Assembly (NCBI GenBank): GCA_003279765.1
Contig: QCHC01000001.1
Coordinates: forward strand, 9,519 to 73,518
Source of the DNA: Pelagibacteraceae bacterium AG-390-M19
GTDB lineage: Bacteria > Pseudomonadota > Alphaproteobacteria > Pelagibacterales > Pelagibacteraceae
Length of the DNA stretch: 64,000 nt
Reading direction: 5' to 3'
The translations under genes and the position numbers were made by a program. Positions within the stretch are counted from its first letter, which is position 1, and each line of letters starts with the position of its first letter. The notes below the pieces were generated by a model. It ran no database searches, was not told the DNA's origin, and was given only the letters and a program-made list of their open reading frames with translations. Shown piece after piece: positions 9,114 through 19,873 of the stretch.

Positions 9114-10724
9114 ATGGAAATCTTTGATTATATAATTCTTGGTGGGGGATCAGCTGGTTGTGTTCTGGCAAATAGACTGTCTGCAAATCCTAAAAATAAA
9201 GTTTTGCTTCTTGAAGCTGGTGGTAAGGATACATATCCATGGATCCATATTCCAGTTGGTTACTTTAAAACGATGCATAATCCAAAAGTAGATTGGTGTT
9301 TTAAAACTGAACCTGATGAAAAAATGAATAATAGATCGATTAGATATCCAAGAGGTAAAACTCTTGGAGGAAGTTCCTCTATCAATGGCCTTTTGTGGAT
9401 AAGAGGACAAAGTGAGGATTATAATATTTGGCGCCAGTTAGGTAATACAGGCTGGGGTTGGAATGATGTTCTGCCCTATTTTTTAAAATCAGAAAATAAT
9501 GAATTAGGTAAAGGTGAGTTTCATAATGACAGTGGTCCAATTACAGTAGCAAATAAAAAAATTAATTTAAAGCTACTTGATGAATTTCAAAATGCTGCTG
9601 AAGAATATGGAATACCAAAAACAAATGATTTTAATACTGGAGATAATACTGGTGTAGGTTTTTTTCAATTTACAACAAGTTTTAATAAAACTGGTTTAAA
9701 GTTAAGATGTAGTGCTGCAAAAGGATATTTAAATCCAGTAAAAAAGAGGTCAAATCTAAAGATTGTTGTAAAAGCTCACGTACAAAAAATAAATTTTGAA
9801 GGAAAGAAAGCTATTGGCGCTAGTTATTATAAAGGTGATAAGCTTGTTGAAGTAAAAGCTAATAAAGAAATAATTTTATCTGCTGGTGCTATTGGTTCGC
9901 CCCATATTCTTCAAGTATCAGGCATAGGAAATAAAGAAAAACTAAAAAAACTTGGTATTAATATAGTGCATGAGTCTAATGGTGTAGGGATGAATTTGCA
10001 GGATCATTTAATGTTTAGGCCAGTTTACAAAGTAAAAAATTTAAAATCTTTAAATAGAAAAGTCGAAAGTTTATTTGGTAGGTTTATGATGGGGCTTGAG
10101 TATATTTTTAACCAAAGTGGGCCTGTTACTATGGGTGCAAGTCAGGTTTGTGGTTTTGTTAAAAGCGATCCATCTAGAGCAACTCCAAATTTACAGTTTC
10201 ACGTTTCACCAGTAAGTACTGATATATTAGGAGTAACCCCTATGCATGATTTTGAAGGAATAACTCCTACTGTCGCAAATATTAGACCCACAAGCCGAGG
10301 TGAAATAAATATAGTTAGCTCTGACAGTAGAGTTTATCCAAAAATTAAAATGAATTATTTATCAACTGACGAGGACAGAAAAGTTGCAGCAACTGGTTTA
10401 AAAATAATTCGTAAAATTATGCTAGAGACAGAGACTTTTAAAAAATATGAACCAGAAGAATATAGACCAGGTGTTCATATAACTGATGATGAGGAATTAG
10501 TAAAAGAAGGTTCAAATTTTACTCAGACAATATTTCACCCGGTTGGAACGTGTAAAATGGGTCAGGATGAAATGTCAGTTGTTGATGAAAAACTAAAAGT
10601 AAAAGGTATTGATAATCTTAGGGTAATAGATGCCTCTATAATGCCCAATATAACCTCTGGAAACACTAATGCACCTACAATAATGATTGCAGAAAAAGGT
10701 GCTGACATGATACTAGAGCATTAA
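9114..10724 (+). CDS. GMC-family flavoprotein dehydrogenase (choline/isethionate dehydrogenase-like)
   Basis: GGGSAGCVLANRLS, RGKTLGGSSSING, FHPVGTCKMG, DASIMPNITSGNTNAPTIMIAEK. Confidence 0.9.
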   Translation: MEIFDYIILGGGSAGCVLANRLSANPKNKVLLLEAGGKDTYPWIHIPVGYFKTMHNPKVDWCFKTEPDEKMNNRSIRYPRGKTLGGSSSINGLLWIRGQSEDYNIWRQLGNTGWGWNDVLPYFLKSENNELGKGEFHNDSGPITVANKKINLKLLDEFQNAAEEYGIPKTNDFNTGDNTGVGFFQFTTSFNKTGLKLRCSAAKGYLNPVKKRSNLKIVVKAHVQKINFEGKKAIGASYYKGDKLVEVKANKEIILSAGAIGSPHILQVSGIGNKEKLKKLGINIVHESNGVGMNLQDHLMFRPVYKVKNLKSLNRKVESLFGRFMMGLEYIFNQSGPVTMGASQVCGFVKSDPSRATPNLQFHVSPVSTDILGVTPMHDFEGITPTVANIRPTSRGEINIVSSDSRVYPKIKMNYLSTDEDRKVAATGLKIIRKIMLETETFKKYEPEEYRPGVHITDDEELVKEGSNFTQTIFHPVGTCKMGQDEMSVVDEKLKVKGIDNLRVIDASIMPNITSGNTNAPTIMIAEKGADMILEH

Positions 10725-11317
10725 TGTTTGCAGAATATTTTACACCAGAACAGATTGCTATTTTAACTCAAATTATTTTTATAGATTTAGTTCTAGCTGG
10801 TGACAATGCCATTATAATTGGAATGGTAGCTTCCAAATTTCCTGTTGAACAAAGGAAGAAAGTTATATTTTGGGGAATTGGTGGTGCAGTAGTTTTAAGA
10901 ATAATATTAACCTTGCTAACTGCATATCTCTTACAAATTACTGGGCTAAGACTTATTGGAGGAATTTTACTTCTTTATATTGTTTACAAACTTTATGTTG
11001 ATGTAATAAAAGGATCTGACACAGAAGAAGACATAAAAGTAGATAACTCAAGTTTTTTAAAAGCAATTTGGACTGTGTTACTTGCTGATTTTACAATGAG
11101 TTTAGATAATGTTTTGGGTGTGGCAGGTGCTGCAGGAGATCATTATGGATTACTTGTATTTGGATTAGTTCTATCGATTGTTTTAATGGCAACTGCCGCA
11201 ACATTAATTTCTGGATGGATAAAAAAATACAAATGGATTGCATGGGTTGGATTATTAGCAATATTAATAGTAGCTGTTGAGTTGATTTATACAGATATTA
11301 AAATAATATTCTTTTAA
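10724..11317 (+). CDS. TerC/YjbE-family membrane protein
   Basis: IDLVLAGDNAIII, ADFTMSLDNVLGVAG; TAATG overlap with the GMC gene. Confidence 0.9.
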   Translation: MFAEYFTPEQIAILTQIIFIDLVLAGDNAIIIGMVASKFPVEQRKKVIFWGIGGAVVLRIILTLLTAYLLQITGLRLIGGILLLYIVYKLYVDVIKGSDTEEDIKVDNSSFLKAIWTVLLADFTMSLDNVLGVAGAAGDHYGLLVFGLVLSIVLMATAATLISGWIKKYKWIAWVGLLAILIVAVELIYTDIKIIFF

Positions 11318-12075
11318 TGTATCTTCAAAAAATTAATCTTAAAAATAAGTACGCGCTAGTTACCGGTGCTGGCAAAGGGCTTGGAAGAGCTTGTTCTATT
11401 GCACTGGCAGAAGCTGGTGCGATTGTAATAGCATTAAGCAGAACAGCCTCTGATTTAAATAAACTAGAAAAAGACATAAAAAAAATTAAAGGTAAAGTGA
11501 TTAAAGTTCCTTGTGATGTAATGAATTATGAAGAACTAAAAACAAAATTAGAAAAAATCAAAATTATTGATGTCTTAGTAAATAATGCTGGAACCAATAT
11601 CCCTGAACCCTTTGAAAAAATCAAACAAACAAGCATGAACTACTTAGTAGATTTAAATCTTAAAGCTGCATTTAATGTTGCCCAATTAGTTGTAAAAAAA
11701 ATGCTAAAAAATAAAAAAAGACCTGGCTCTATTATTAATATGTCTTCCCAATTAGGTCATGTCGGTATGGGTGGTAGAAATGTTTATAATATGACCAAAT
11801 TTGGAATTGAAGGTTTAACAAAGGGTATGGGTGTAGAGTTAGCTAAAAGAAATATAAGAGTTAATACCGTTGCTCCTACGTTTGTTGAAACTCCAATGGT
11901 TAAAAATTTCTTTAAAAATAAAAAATTTAAAAAACTGGCACTTGGAAACATTCCAATGGGAAAAGCAGCAACTGAAAGTGATGTAGCAACAACAGTTTGT
12001 TTCTTAGCCTCACCTGCTTCCTCAATGATAACTGGAACATCAATTATAATAGACGGTGGATGGACAGCTCAGTAA
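11317..12075 (+). CDS. SDR oxidoreductase, possibly HpsO-like
   Basis: TGAGKGLG, NNAG, SSQLGHVG, YNMTK, PTFVETP, DGGWTAQ; TAATG-coupled to terC. Confidence 0.85.
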   Translation: MYLQKINLKNKYALVTGAGKGLGRACSIALAEAGAIVIALSRTASDLNKLEKDIKKIKGKVIKVPCDVMNYEELKTKLEKIKIIDVLVNNAGTNIPEPFEKIKQTSMNYLVDLNLKAAFNVAQLVVKKMLKNKKRPGSIINMSSQLGHVGMGGRNVYNMTKFGIEGLTKGMGVELAKRNIRVNTVAPTFVETPMVKNFFKNKKFKKLALGNIPMGKAATESDVATTVCFLASPASSMITGTSIIIDGGWTAQ

Positions 12076-12863
12076 TAAATAGATTTTTTCTAATATTTTT
12101 CTTTTTTTTTTCAACTGCAAACGCAATAGAATTTCAAGGTAAATTCTTACAAGGTAATTTTATTTTAGGTAAAACAAATCCTGATGCTAAAATAATTGTT
12201 GGAAAAAAAGAAGTAAGGGTATCAAAGGATGGTTTTTTCGTTTTTGGTATTGATAGAGATCAAAAATATGATCTTACTTTCACAAAAATTTTTGGTGGAA
12301 AAAAAACCACAATAACAAAAAAAGTTTTAAAAAGAAAATACAACATTCAAAGAATAGATGGCCTGGAAGAAAGCAAAGTAACGCCACCTGAATCAGTTTA
12401 TAAAAGAATAAAAAAAGAAAATAATGCAATTGGTGAAGCAAGAGCAATTAATTCTGAATTACAGTTTTTTACACAAAAATTTATAATGCCTGTTGAAGGT
12501 ATAATTAGCGGTGTTTATGGTAGTCAAAGAATTTTAAATGGTAAACCAAGATGGCCACATTACGGAATTGATATAGCAGCAAAACAAGGAACAATGATTA
12601 AATCGTCAGGTTCAGGAAAAGTTACAATGGCTGAGGATGATTTATATTACACCGGTGGTACAGTAATTATGGATCACGGCCATGGTATATCAACAATATA
12701 TTCACATTTAGAAAATGTTTTAGTTTCTGTGGGAGATTTAATTAATCAAGGAGATATTATTGGAACAGTAGGATCGACAGGAAGATCAACTGGACCTCAT
12801 CTTGATTTTAGAATTAATTGGTTTCAAACTAGATTGGATCCAATGTCTGTTTTAAAAAATTAG
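12060..12863 (+). CDS. M23 family metallopeptidase
   Basis: HYGID (HxxxD), YSHL, STGRSTGPHL; start moved to ATG 12060, which gives a signal peptide. Confidence 0.85.
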   Translation: MDSSVINRFFLIFFFFFSTANAIEFQGKFLQGNFILGKTNPDAKIIVGKKEVRVSKDGFFVFGIDRDQKYDLTFTKIFGGKKTTITKKVLKRKYNIQRIDGLEESKVTPPESVYKRIKKENNAIGEARAINSELQFFTQKFIMPVEGIISGVYGSQRILNGKPRWPHYGIDIAAKQGTMIKSSGSGKVTMAEDDLYYTGGTVIMDHGHGISTIYSHLENVLVSVGDLINQGDIIGTVGSTGRSTGPHLDFRINWFQTRLDPMSVLKN

Positions 12864-13459
12864 AAAAAAAACATCCAAATACCAACAAGGATCAATATTA
12901 ATCCACCCATTTGATTTAAAATTTTTAAATATTTTGATGCTATGATTTCTCTAAACTTACCAAATACAAATGCATATGAGCTATCAAATATTGTAGCTAC
13001 AATTATAAAGATAATTCCAAAATAAATTATCTGATAGCTGACAGGTTCATCTATATTAATAAATTGAGGAATAAATGCACCGAGGAATAAAAAGATTTTT
13101 GGATTAGTTAAAATCACTATTAATCCTTGGAGAAAATATTTTTTTTCAAATTTAGTTACTTGAGTTTTGTTTAAATCAATATCTGACTTAATTGTAATTA
13201 CTCCAAGTGAAATTAAATAAATCGCGCCTAAAATTCTTAAATATTTAATTATCACTTCTAGAAAAGGAGAAACTATTTCAAATCCAAGTGCTAATAAAAG
13301 TAACAAAATTAAAACACCAACTTGGGTACCAAAAACATTTAATAACCCTGCTTTTACACCAGATTTTAAAGAATTAGCAATTATCAGACTAACAGTAGGT
13401 CCTGGTACTATCACTATTAAAAAACTTGCTATAACAAAATATAGTAATACAAAATCCAT
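12860..13459 (-). CDS. LysE/RhtB family exporter
   Basis: VPGPTVSLII, LTNPKIFLF, multiple TM helices. Confidence 0.88.
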   Translation of the reverse strand: MDFVLLYFVIASFLIVIVPGPTVSLIIANSLKSGVKAGLLNVFGTQVGVLILLLLLALGFEIVSPFLEVIIKYLRILGAIYLISLGVITIKSDIDLNKTQVTKFEKKYFLQGLIVILTNPKIFLFLGAFIPQFINIDEPVSYQIIYFGIIFIIVATIFDSSYAFVFGKFREIIASKYLKILNQMGGLILILVGIWMFFF

Positions 13460-13509
13460 ATCAGTCTGAATTAATCAATAACAACTTGAAAGAAAAATAA
13501 AATAAAAAA

Positions 13510-14370
13510 ATGAAATTTAAATCAAAAGAAACACTAGGAATTATTTTTGCAATAATTGCTTATTTTTCATTTTCAATTCTTGATGCAGTTCAAAAAACTG
13601 CAGTAATTCACTATTCTATATTTCAATTGTTATTTATTAAATATACTTTTGTACTTTTGTTAAGCATGATAGAGGCAAAAAGAGCTAACAATACTAATTT
13701 TTATAGATCTAATAATTTAAAACTTCAAATATCAAGAAGCCTGCTATCAATTTTAGAGTCTGGATTTTTTGTTTTATCTTTTAAACATTTGTCTTTAGCA
13801 AATGCGCATAGCATAGGTGCACTTGCACCAATAATTATAGTTGCTTTATCTGTATTTATTTTAAATGAGAGAGTATCAATCAAAACTTGGATAGCAATAT
13901 TTATAGGTTTTATTGGAGTTTTGATTATTATTAGACCTGCATCTGATGTATTTAGTGTAAATTCTTTTATCCCTTTGTTAGCAGCTTTTTTTCTAGGTCT
14001 TTATCAAGTAGCAACAAAAAAAATAACTGAATATGATGCTCCTGAAGTATCCTTGTTCTATTCTTCTTTAGTTGGGATTATTATAACTTCAATAATGGCA
14101 TTTAATTTTTGGCAACCTATTGATTTTAATTCTTTATATTTCTTTGTGCCAATTGGTTTATTTTTTTCATTAGGTATATACTTTCAAATATTAGCACTCA
14201 AAAACGCAAGAGCTAGCATAATTCAACCCTTCCATTATACTTTAATTTTTTGGGCAATAATTTTTGGATTTTTCTTTTATGATGATGTTCCAGATTTATT
14301 TACTATTATAGGAGCAATAATAATTACAACTTCAGGAATATTTGTTATAAATCAAACTAAAAAAAAATAA
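13510..14370 (+). CDS. DMT/EamA family transporter
   Basis: About 10 TM helices; LNERVS, GFIGVLIIIRP, ASIIQPFHY. Confidence 0.88.
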   Translation: MKFKSKETLGIIFAIIAYFSFSILDAVQKTAVIHYSIFQLLFIKYTFVLLLSMIEAKRANNTNFYRSNNLKLQISRSLLSILESGFFVLSFKHLSLANAHSIGALAPIIIVALSVFILNERVSIKTWIAIFIGFIGVLIIIRPASDVFSVNSFIPLLAAFFLGLYQVATKKITEYDAPEVSLFYSSLVGIIITSIMAFNFWQPIDFNSLYFFVPIGLFFSLGIYFQILALKNARASIIQPFHYTLIFWAIIFGFFFYDDVPDLFTIIGAIIITTSGIFVINQTKKK

Positions 14371-14383
14371 ATTTAAAACTTAT

Positions 14384-15160
14384 ATGACAAGAACACTTAA
14401 AGAAAAATTTTCAGATAAATTAGTAAATGCTTTTCTAAAAAACAAAATCATTTCTCCAATACCTAGTAAATTTACAAAAAAACTTACTGAAGCAGACAAA
14501 TTTAGAAAATTGTGTGAAAGCAAAATTAAAGATCCCATAATAGGTTTTAAAGCTGGTGGAACAGGTATTCCATTAATGAAAAAACTAAAAGAAAAAGAAC
14601 CTTTTATTGCATCTGTTTTTAAAAAAAACTTAATAAAAAGCGGTAAGAAAGTAAAAATAAACAAATATACTTTAGGTATTGAGGTTGAAGTTTGTTATTT
14701 AATCAAAAAAAATTTTTTCTCCTCTAAAGGCAAAATATCCAACAAAAATGTATCTAAATATATTTCGCACATGGCACCTTGTATCGAAGTAGTTGGATAT
14801 AGACAAAAAAGAAAAGGTATTACTTCTTTTGGAGATTTAAGCAGTGACTTTGGGGGTAATATTAAATTTTTAATAGGTCAAAAGAAAAAATTTAAAAAAA
14901 TTAACATAGGTAATTTAAAAACAAATATTGCAAATAAAAAAGCTAAACAAAGTGTAGATGGAAATACTAATGCTGTTTATATAAATCCAATAAATTCTTT
15001 AAGATTTATTTTAAATAAAGTTAAAAAAGATAAAATTAATTTAGACAAAGATTTTTATGTTTTCACAGGATCTACGGTTGGAGTTGTTCCAATAGTTAAA
15101 AAAGGAATACATTCTGCTAAAATTGAAAAACTTGGATCTGTAAAGGCAAATATTGTTTAA
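14384..15160 (+). CDS. 2-keto-4-pentenoate hydratase-like protein (FAH superfamily)
   Basis: IGFKAG, GIEVEV, PCIEVV, SDFGGN, FTGS. Confidence 0.7.
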   Translation: MTRTLKEKFSDKLVNAFLKNKIISPIPSKFTKKLTEADKFRKLCESKIKDPIIGFKAGGTGIPLMKKLKEKEPFIASVFKKNLIKSGKKVKINKYTLGIEVEVCYLIKKNFFSSKGKISNKNVSKYISHMAPCIEVVGYRQKRKGITSFGDLSSDFGGNIKFLIGQKKKFKKINIGNLKTNIANKKAKQSVDGNTNAVYINPINSLRFILNKVKKDKINLDKDFYVFTGSTVGVVPIVKKGIHSAKIEKLGSVKANIV

Positions 15161-16461
15161 ATTTCAGATCTAGCTCTTAAACGTTCATAAATTAATCTTG
15201 TTTTAATCCCTAAATTTAAAAAAGGTTGAGGTGGTAACCAAGTAGGTTTGTTTCTTGCTTCAATTGTTTTTATTTCACTTGTATTTTCATTAATTGCTTT
15301 AAGTGCAATTTGTTCACCAAATAAAGTTCCTACGCCAATACCTGATCCGTTATAACAACCTACAGCAAAAATATTACTATCAATTTTTTCAAATATTTGA
15401 GAGCTATTCCTTGTTCTTGATACAATTCCAGACCAGGATGATTTAATTATATCATTGGGTAATTGAGGAAATCTTTTTTGTATTCCAATTTTCTGACTTA
15501 TAGATCTTTTTTCAAGAATTTTTTTAGACATATTAAATGGACTGTGAACTTCGGCTGTATTTCTTATTAAAATTCTTCTATCTTTTGTCATTCTAATTGT
15601 GGCGCCCATTGGCCTTACAGGTAGTACTCCCCACTCTTTTGGTTCTCCGATAGATTTAAATTCTTCATCGGATAATCTTCTTGTCATACTGGCAGTTAAA
15701 GTAATAGGAAAATTATAATATGATTTTATACCTAATGATTTCATAAAACCATTCGTAGCAAAAATAATGTTTTTTGTTTTAATTGTTCCGTTTTTGAAAT
15801 TACAATAAATAAAATCTTTATTTTTAGACCAATTTAATAAACAAGAATTTTCATACAAATAAACATTGGAAGGTAGAGCATCAACCATTGCCCTAACTAA
15901 TTTTCCTGGATGTAGTAAAATACCACCCTTTGTATAAAGTCCAATATTATAAAAATAAGTACCTAATCTTTCAGATAACTCCTTATTTCCTAATATACTA
16001 TGTTCAAATCCTAGTTTGGATAATGTGTTAGAAAAATTTTCTAAAATTTTTTTATCTTCAATTTTTGAGGAAGCAAAATATTTTCCACTTTCATTCAAAT
16101 CACAATCTACTTGGTGTTCTTTAATAAATTTTTTTACTACATCTATTCCTAATGAATAAATATCAGCTTTCTTTTTATAATTTTCCAATTCTTTATTTGA
16201 TGTAAAACCATCATTCAAAGTTGTATCAACCAAATAACCTGAATTTCTACCACTAGCGCCCTCACCTGCTAGCTGAGCATCTGCTAGTATAATTTTTAAA
16301 TTTGAATTTATTTGAGCTAATTTTCTTGCAGCAGACAGACCTGTATAACCAGCTCCTATTATTAACCAATCACACTCATCGTTTGTTAAAAGGGAATTAA
16401 TGTTTGTTCTTGGATTAAGGTCATTAATCCAACTACAGTTATTATCGTTAGTCACTTCCAT
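15157..16461 (-). CDS. FAD-dependent amine/amino-acid oxidoreductase (DAO/PuuB-like)
   Basis: IIGAGYTGLSAA, GASGRNSG, FATNG, YNGSGIG; 39 bp downstream of xsc. Confidence 0.85.
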   Translation of the reverse strand: MEVTNDNNCSWINDLNPRTNINSLLTNDECDWLIIGAGYTGLSAARKLAQINSNLKIILADAQLAGEGASGRNSGYLVDTTLNDGFTSNKELENYKKKADIYSLGIDVVKKFIKEHQVDCDLNESGKYFASSKIEDKKILENFSNTLSKLGFEHSILGNKELSERLGTYFYNIGLYTKGGILLHPGKLVRAMVDALPSNVYLYENSCLLNWSKNKDFIYCNFKNGTIKTKNIIFATNGFMKSLGIKSYYNFPITLTASMTRRLSDEEFKSIGEPKEWGVLPVRPMGATIRMTKDRRILIRNTAEVHSPFNMSKKILEKRSISQKIGIQKRFPQLPNDIIKSSWSGIVSRTRNSSQIFEKIDSNIFAVGCYNGSGIGVGTLFGEQIALKAINENTSEIKTIEARNKPTWLPPQPFLNLGIKTRLIYERLRARSEI

Positions 16462-16500
16462 GAAGTGACTTTACGATAATTGATAAATTTTTAAAAGATT

Positions 16501-18285
16501 TTAAGAGTTTAATGAAGGTTGTTTCTTCATATCAGCTTTGTTGATACCAGCAACTCTTACCGGTTTCTTCATCGCATCTCTTCTAAATGGTTCTCCAAGC
16601 TCTTGGTTTAGAATTACTTCTATAAATGTTGTAATTCCTTTCTTTTGATCTTCACAAGATTGCTTGATTGCATTTGTTGTTTCTTCCATTGTTCTAACAG
16701 TTACACCTTTTAAGCCACATGCATCAGCAACTTTGGCATAACTTAATTCAGGGTCTAGCTCAGTTCCAACAAAATTATTATCAAACCATAGAGTAGTATT
16801 TCTTTTCTCTGCTCCCCATTGATAGTTTCTAAAAATTACCATAGTAATTGCAGGCCATTCCTCCCTAGCACATGAACTCATTTCATTCATGCTGATACCA
16901 AAAGCTCCATCTCCGGCAAAACCAATTACTGGAGTATCGGGACAACCAATTTTTGCACCTAGTATAGATGGAAATCCATAACCACAAGGTCCAAATAAAC
17001 CTGGAGCTAAATATTTTCTAGGTTTTTCAAAAGTTGGATAAGCGTTACCAATTGCACAGTTATTTCCAATATCACTAGATATAATTACATCATCTGGCAT
17101 GCCAGATTGAATTGCTCTCCAAGCTTGTCTTGGCGACATTCTATCTGCATCTCTTTCTCTAGCTTCTTTATTCCAAACTGTTCCTTCATCATCATCTTCA
17201 TGATCTAAACTTGAAAGTTTTTGTAACCATGCAGATTTTGTTTGATGAATTAAATCTTTCCTAGCTTGTCTATCAGTATCTCCAGCATTTGAAGATAATT
17301 TTTCTAAAATTTGCTCTGCAACTAATTTTGCATCGCCACTTATTCCAACTGTTACTTTTTTAGTTAAACCAATTCTATCTGGATTAATGTCTACTTGAAT
17401 TATATTTGCATTTTTCGGCCAATAGTCAATTCCATATCCTGGTAAAGTTGAAAATGGATTTAATCTCGTACCTAGTGCTAAAACAACATCAGCTTTTGAA
17501 ATTAATTCCATCGCAGCTTTAGAACCATTATAACCCAAAGGTCCCACTGCTAGTGGGTGACTTCCTGGAAAACTATCGTTATGTTGATACCCAGAACATA
17601 CTGGAGCATCTAATTTTTCAGCAAGGTTTTTTGTTGCATCTATAGCTCCACCAATTACAACTCCGGCACCTGAAAGTATTACTGGAAATTTTGCATTAGA
17701 TAACAAATCAGCAGCTTTAGAAACAGCATCGTTACCTCCACCTTGTCTTTCCAATCTTACAATTGGCGGTAAATCAATATCAATAACTTGGCACCAATAA
17801 TCTCTAGGAACATTTATTTGTGCAGGTGCAGAACCTCTTATTGCTTTTTCAATTACTCTATTAAGAACTTCTGCCATTCTTGAAGGATCTCTAACTTCTT
17901 CTTGATAACAAACCATGTCTTTAAACAAATTCATTTGTTCTACTTCTTGGAAACCACCCTGGCCCATTGTTTTGTTTGCGGCTTGAGGTGTTACCAATAA
18001 TAGCGGTGTATGGTTCCAGTAAGCTGTTTTAATGGGAGTTACTAGTCCTGTTATTCCTGGTCCATTTTGTGCAATGACCATAGACATTTTACCTGTAGCT
18101 CTCGTGTAACCATCAGCAATTAAACCACCATTTGTTTCGTGGGCCACATCCCAAAAAGTAATTCCTGCATCAGGAAAAATATCTGATATTGGCATAAAAG
18201 CAGAACCAATAATTCCAAAAGCGTGCTCAATACCATGCATTTGTAAAACTTTTACAAAAGCTTCCTCTGTTGTCATTTTTGTCAT
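16501..18285 (-). CDS. xsc: Sulfoacetaldehyde acetyltransferase
   Basis: MTTEEAFVKVLQMHGIEHAFGIIGSA, TPP motif GDGAFG...N, C-terminal ELGEPFRRDAMKKP. Confidence 0.95.
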   Translation of the reverse strand: MTKMTTEEAFVKVLQMHGIEHAFGIIGSAFMPISDIFPDAGITFWDVAHETNGGLIADGYTRATGKMSMVIAQNGPGITGLVTPIKTAYWNHTPLLLVTPQAANKTMGQGGFQEVEQMNLFKDMVCYQEEVRDPSRMAEVLNRVIEKAIRGSAPAQINVPRDYWCQVIDIDLPPIVRLERQGGGNDAVSKAADLLSNAKFPVILSGAGVVIGGAIDATKNLAEKLDAPVCSGYQHNDSFPGSHPLAVGPLGYNGSKAAMELISKADVVLALGTRLNPFSTLPGYGIDYWPKNANIIQVDINPDRIGLTKKVTVGISGDAKLVAEQILEKLSSNAGDTDRQARKDLIHQTKSAWLQKLSSLDHEDDDEGTVWNKEARERDADRMSPRQAWRAIQSGMPDDVIISSDIGNNCAIGNAYPTFEKPRKYLAPGLFGPCGYGFPSILGAKIGCPDTPVIGFAGDGAFGISMNEMSSCAREEWPAITMVIFRNYQWGAEKRNTTLWFDNNFVGTELDPELSYAKVADACGLKGVTVRTMEETTNAIKQSCEDQKKGITTFIEVILNQELGEPFRRDAMKKPVRVAGINKADMKKQPSLNS

Positions 18286-18401
18286 AAGACTAGAACCTCT
18301 CTAAAGTATAATAATTAAGAATTTATAAAATTCATTTGTCAATTTTCGCGATTAATATATAAGATTTTCTAAATTTCAAACAAACAATTCGACACAACAT
18401 T

Positions 18402-18686
18402 ATGGCTACAGATATCATTATACACGACGAAAAAGACAACGTAGGAGTAGTTGTTATTGAAAAAATCACTCCAAAACAAGACTGCTCTTGTTGGATCATG
18501 GAAAATGACAAGACAGTAAACATTCAATCTGAAGATGAAATCCCCCTAGGACACAAAATTGCAATGAGTGATTTAAATGAAGGTGACACGATAATTAAAT
18601 ATGGTCACGATATAGGTAAAGTAGTCAAATCAATCAAAAAAGGTGAACACGTTCACGTTCACAACGTTAAAACAAAGAAGTGGTAG
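18402..18686 (+). CDS. suyA: (R)-sulfolactate sulfo-lyase alpha subunit (SAF domain)
   Basis: [29 protein letters not shown]; paired with a UxaA-like gene, divergent from xsc. Confidence 0.85.
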   Translation: MATDIIIHDEKDNVGVVVIEKITPKQDCSCWIMENDKTVNIQSEDEIPLGHKIAMSDLNEGDTIIKYGHDIGKVVKSIKKGEHVHVHNVKTKKW

Positions 18687-18690
18687 TATT

Positions 18691-19857
18691 ATGGAAATCC
18701 CAAAAAGTTTTTTAGGTTATAAAAGAGAAAATGGCAGAGCTGGAACAAGAAATCATGTAATCATTTTACCAGTAGATGATATTTCAAATGCTTGTGCTGA
18801 AGCAGTTGCAAATAATATTAAAGGTACCATTGCATTACCGCACTCATATGGAAGATTACAGTTTGGTGCTGATTTAGAGTTACATTTTAGAACTATGATA
18901 GGTACAGCAAAAAACCCAAATGTTGCTGCTGCTATAATTATTGGAATTGAACCTAAATGGACAAAAAGAATTGTTGATGAAGTGGCAAAAACTGGAAAAC
19001 CTGTTGAAGGTTTTAGCATTGAAGGTGCTGGTGATATTGAAACAATCATGAAAGCTTCAAAAAAAGCCCAAGAATTTTCTATGTGGGCATCTGAAAAACA
19101 AAGAGAGGAATGCCCAATAAGTGATCTTTGGATTTCAGTAAAATGTGGAGAGTCTGATACTACTTCAGGTCTTGCATCTAATCCAACAGTTGGAAATTTA
19201 ATGGATAAATTGGAGCCATTAGGAGTTCATTTATGTTTTGGTGAAACTTCAGAACTTACGGGTGCCGAAACTGTTTGTGAAAAAAGAGGTAAAACACCAG
19301 AAGCACAAGAGAAGTTTAAAAAAACTTGGAATGAATACAACGATTTCATTTTAAAAGAAGCGACAGATGATTTATCAGAAAGTCAACCTACTGCAGGAAA
19401 TATAGCTGGAGGACTTACTACAATTGAAGAAAAAGCATTTGGAAATTTCCAAAAAATTGGATCAAGACAATTCGTAGATGTTTTAACACCTGCTGAAGAG
19501 CCTCAAAAAGGTCCGGGATTATATTTCATGGATACTTCATCAGCTGCTGCAGAATGTGTTACCTTACAAGCTGCTGGTGGTTTTAATATTCACCTGTTCC
19601 CAACAGGACAAGGAAATATTATTGGAAACCCTATTGAACCAGTTGTTAAATTAACAGCTAATCCATTAACAGCAGTCAGTATGAAAGAACATATCGACTG
19701 TGATGTATCTAAAATTCTTTCTAGAGAAATGAATTTGGATCAAGCTGGTGATGAACTAATTAAAGCAACTATTAGAACAGCTAACGGTAGGTTAACTTGT
19801 GCTGAAGCTTTAGGTCATAGAGAATTTGTAATGACTAAGCTTTACAGAAGTGCTTAA
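18691..19857 (+). CDS. suyB: (R)-sulfolactate sulfo-lyase beta subunit
   Basis: [44 protein letters not shown], ends KLYRSA; ATG at 18691. Confidence 0.88.
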   Translation: MEIPKSFLGYKRENGRAGTRNHVIILPVDDISNACAEAVANNIKGTIALPHSYGRLQFGADLELHFRTMIGTAKNPNVAAAIIIGIEPKWTKRIVDEVAKTGKPVEGFSIEGAGDIETIMKASKKAQEFSMWASEKQREECPISDLWISVKCGESDTTSGLASNPTVGNLMDKLEPLGVHLCFGETSELTGAETVCEKRGKTPEAQEKFKKTWNEYNDFILKEATDDLSESQPTAGNIAGGLTTIEEKAFGNFQKIGSRQFVDVLTPAEEPQKGPGLYFMDTSSAAAECVTLQAAGGFNIHLFPTGQGNIIGNPIEPVVKLTANPLTAVSMKEHIDCDVSKILSREMNLDQAGDELIKATIRTANGRLTCAEALGHREFVMTKLYRSA

Positions 19858-19873
19858 TTAAAAATCCTAGTTT

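Noticed and set aside
9114-10724. Calling this gene betA
   Set aside because: Only general GMC motifs are visible and there is no betB/betI context.
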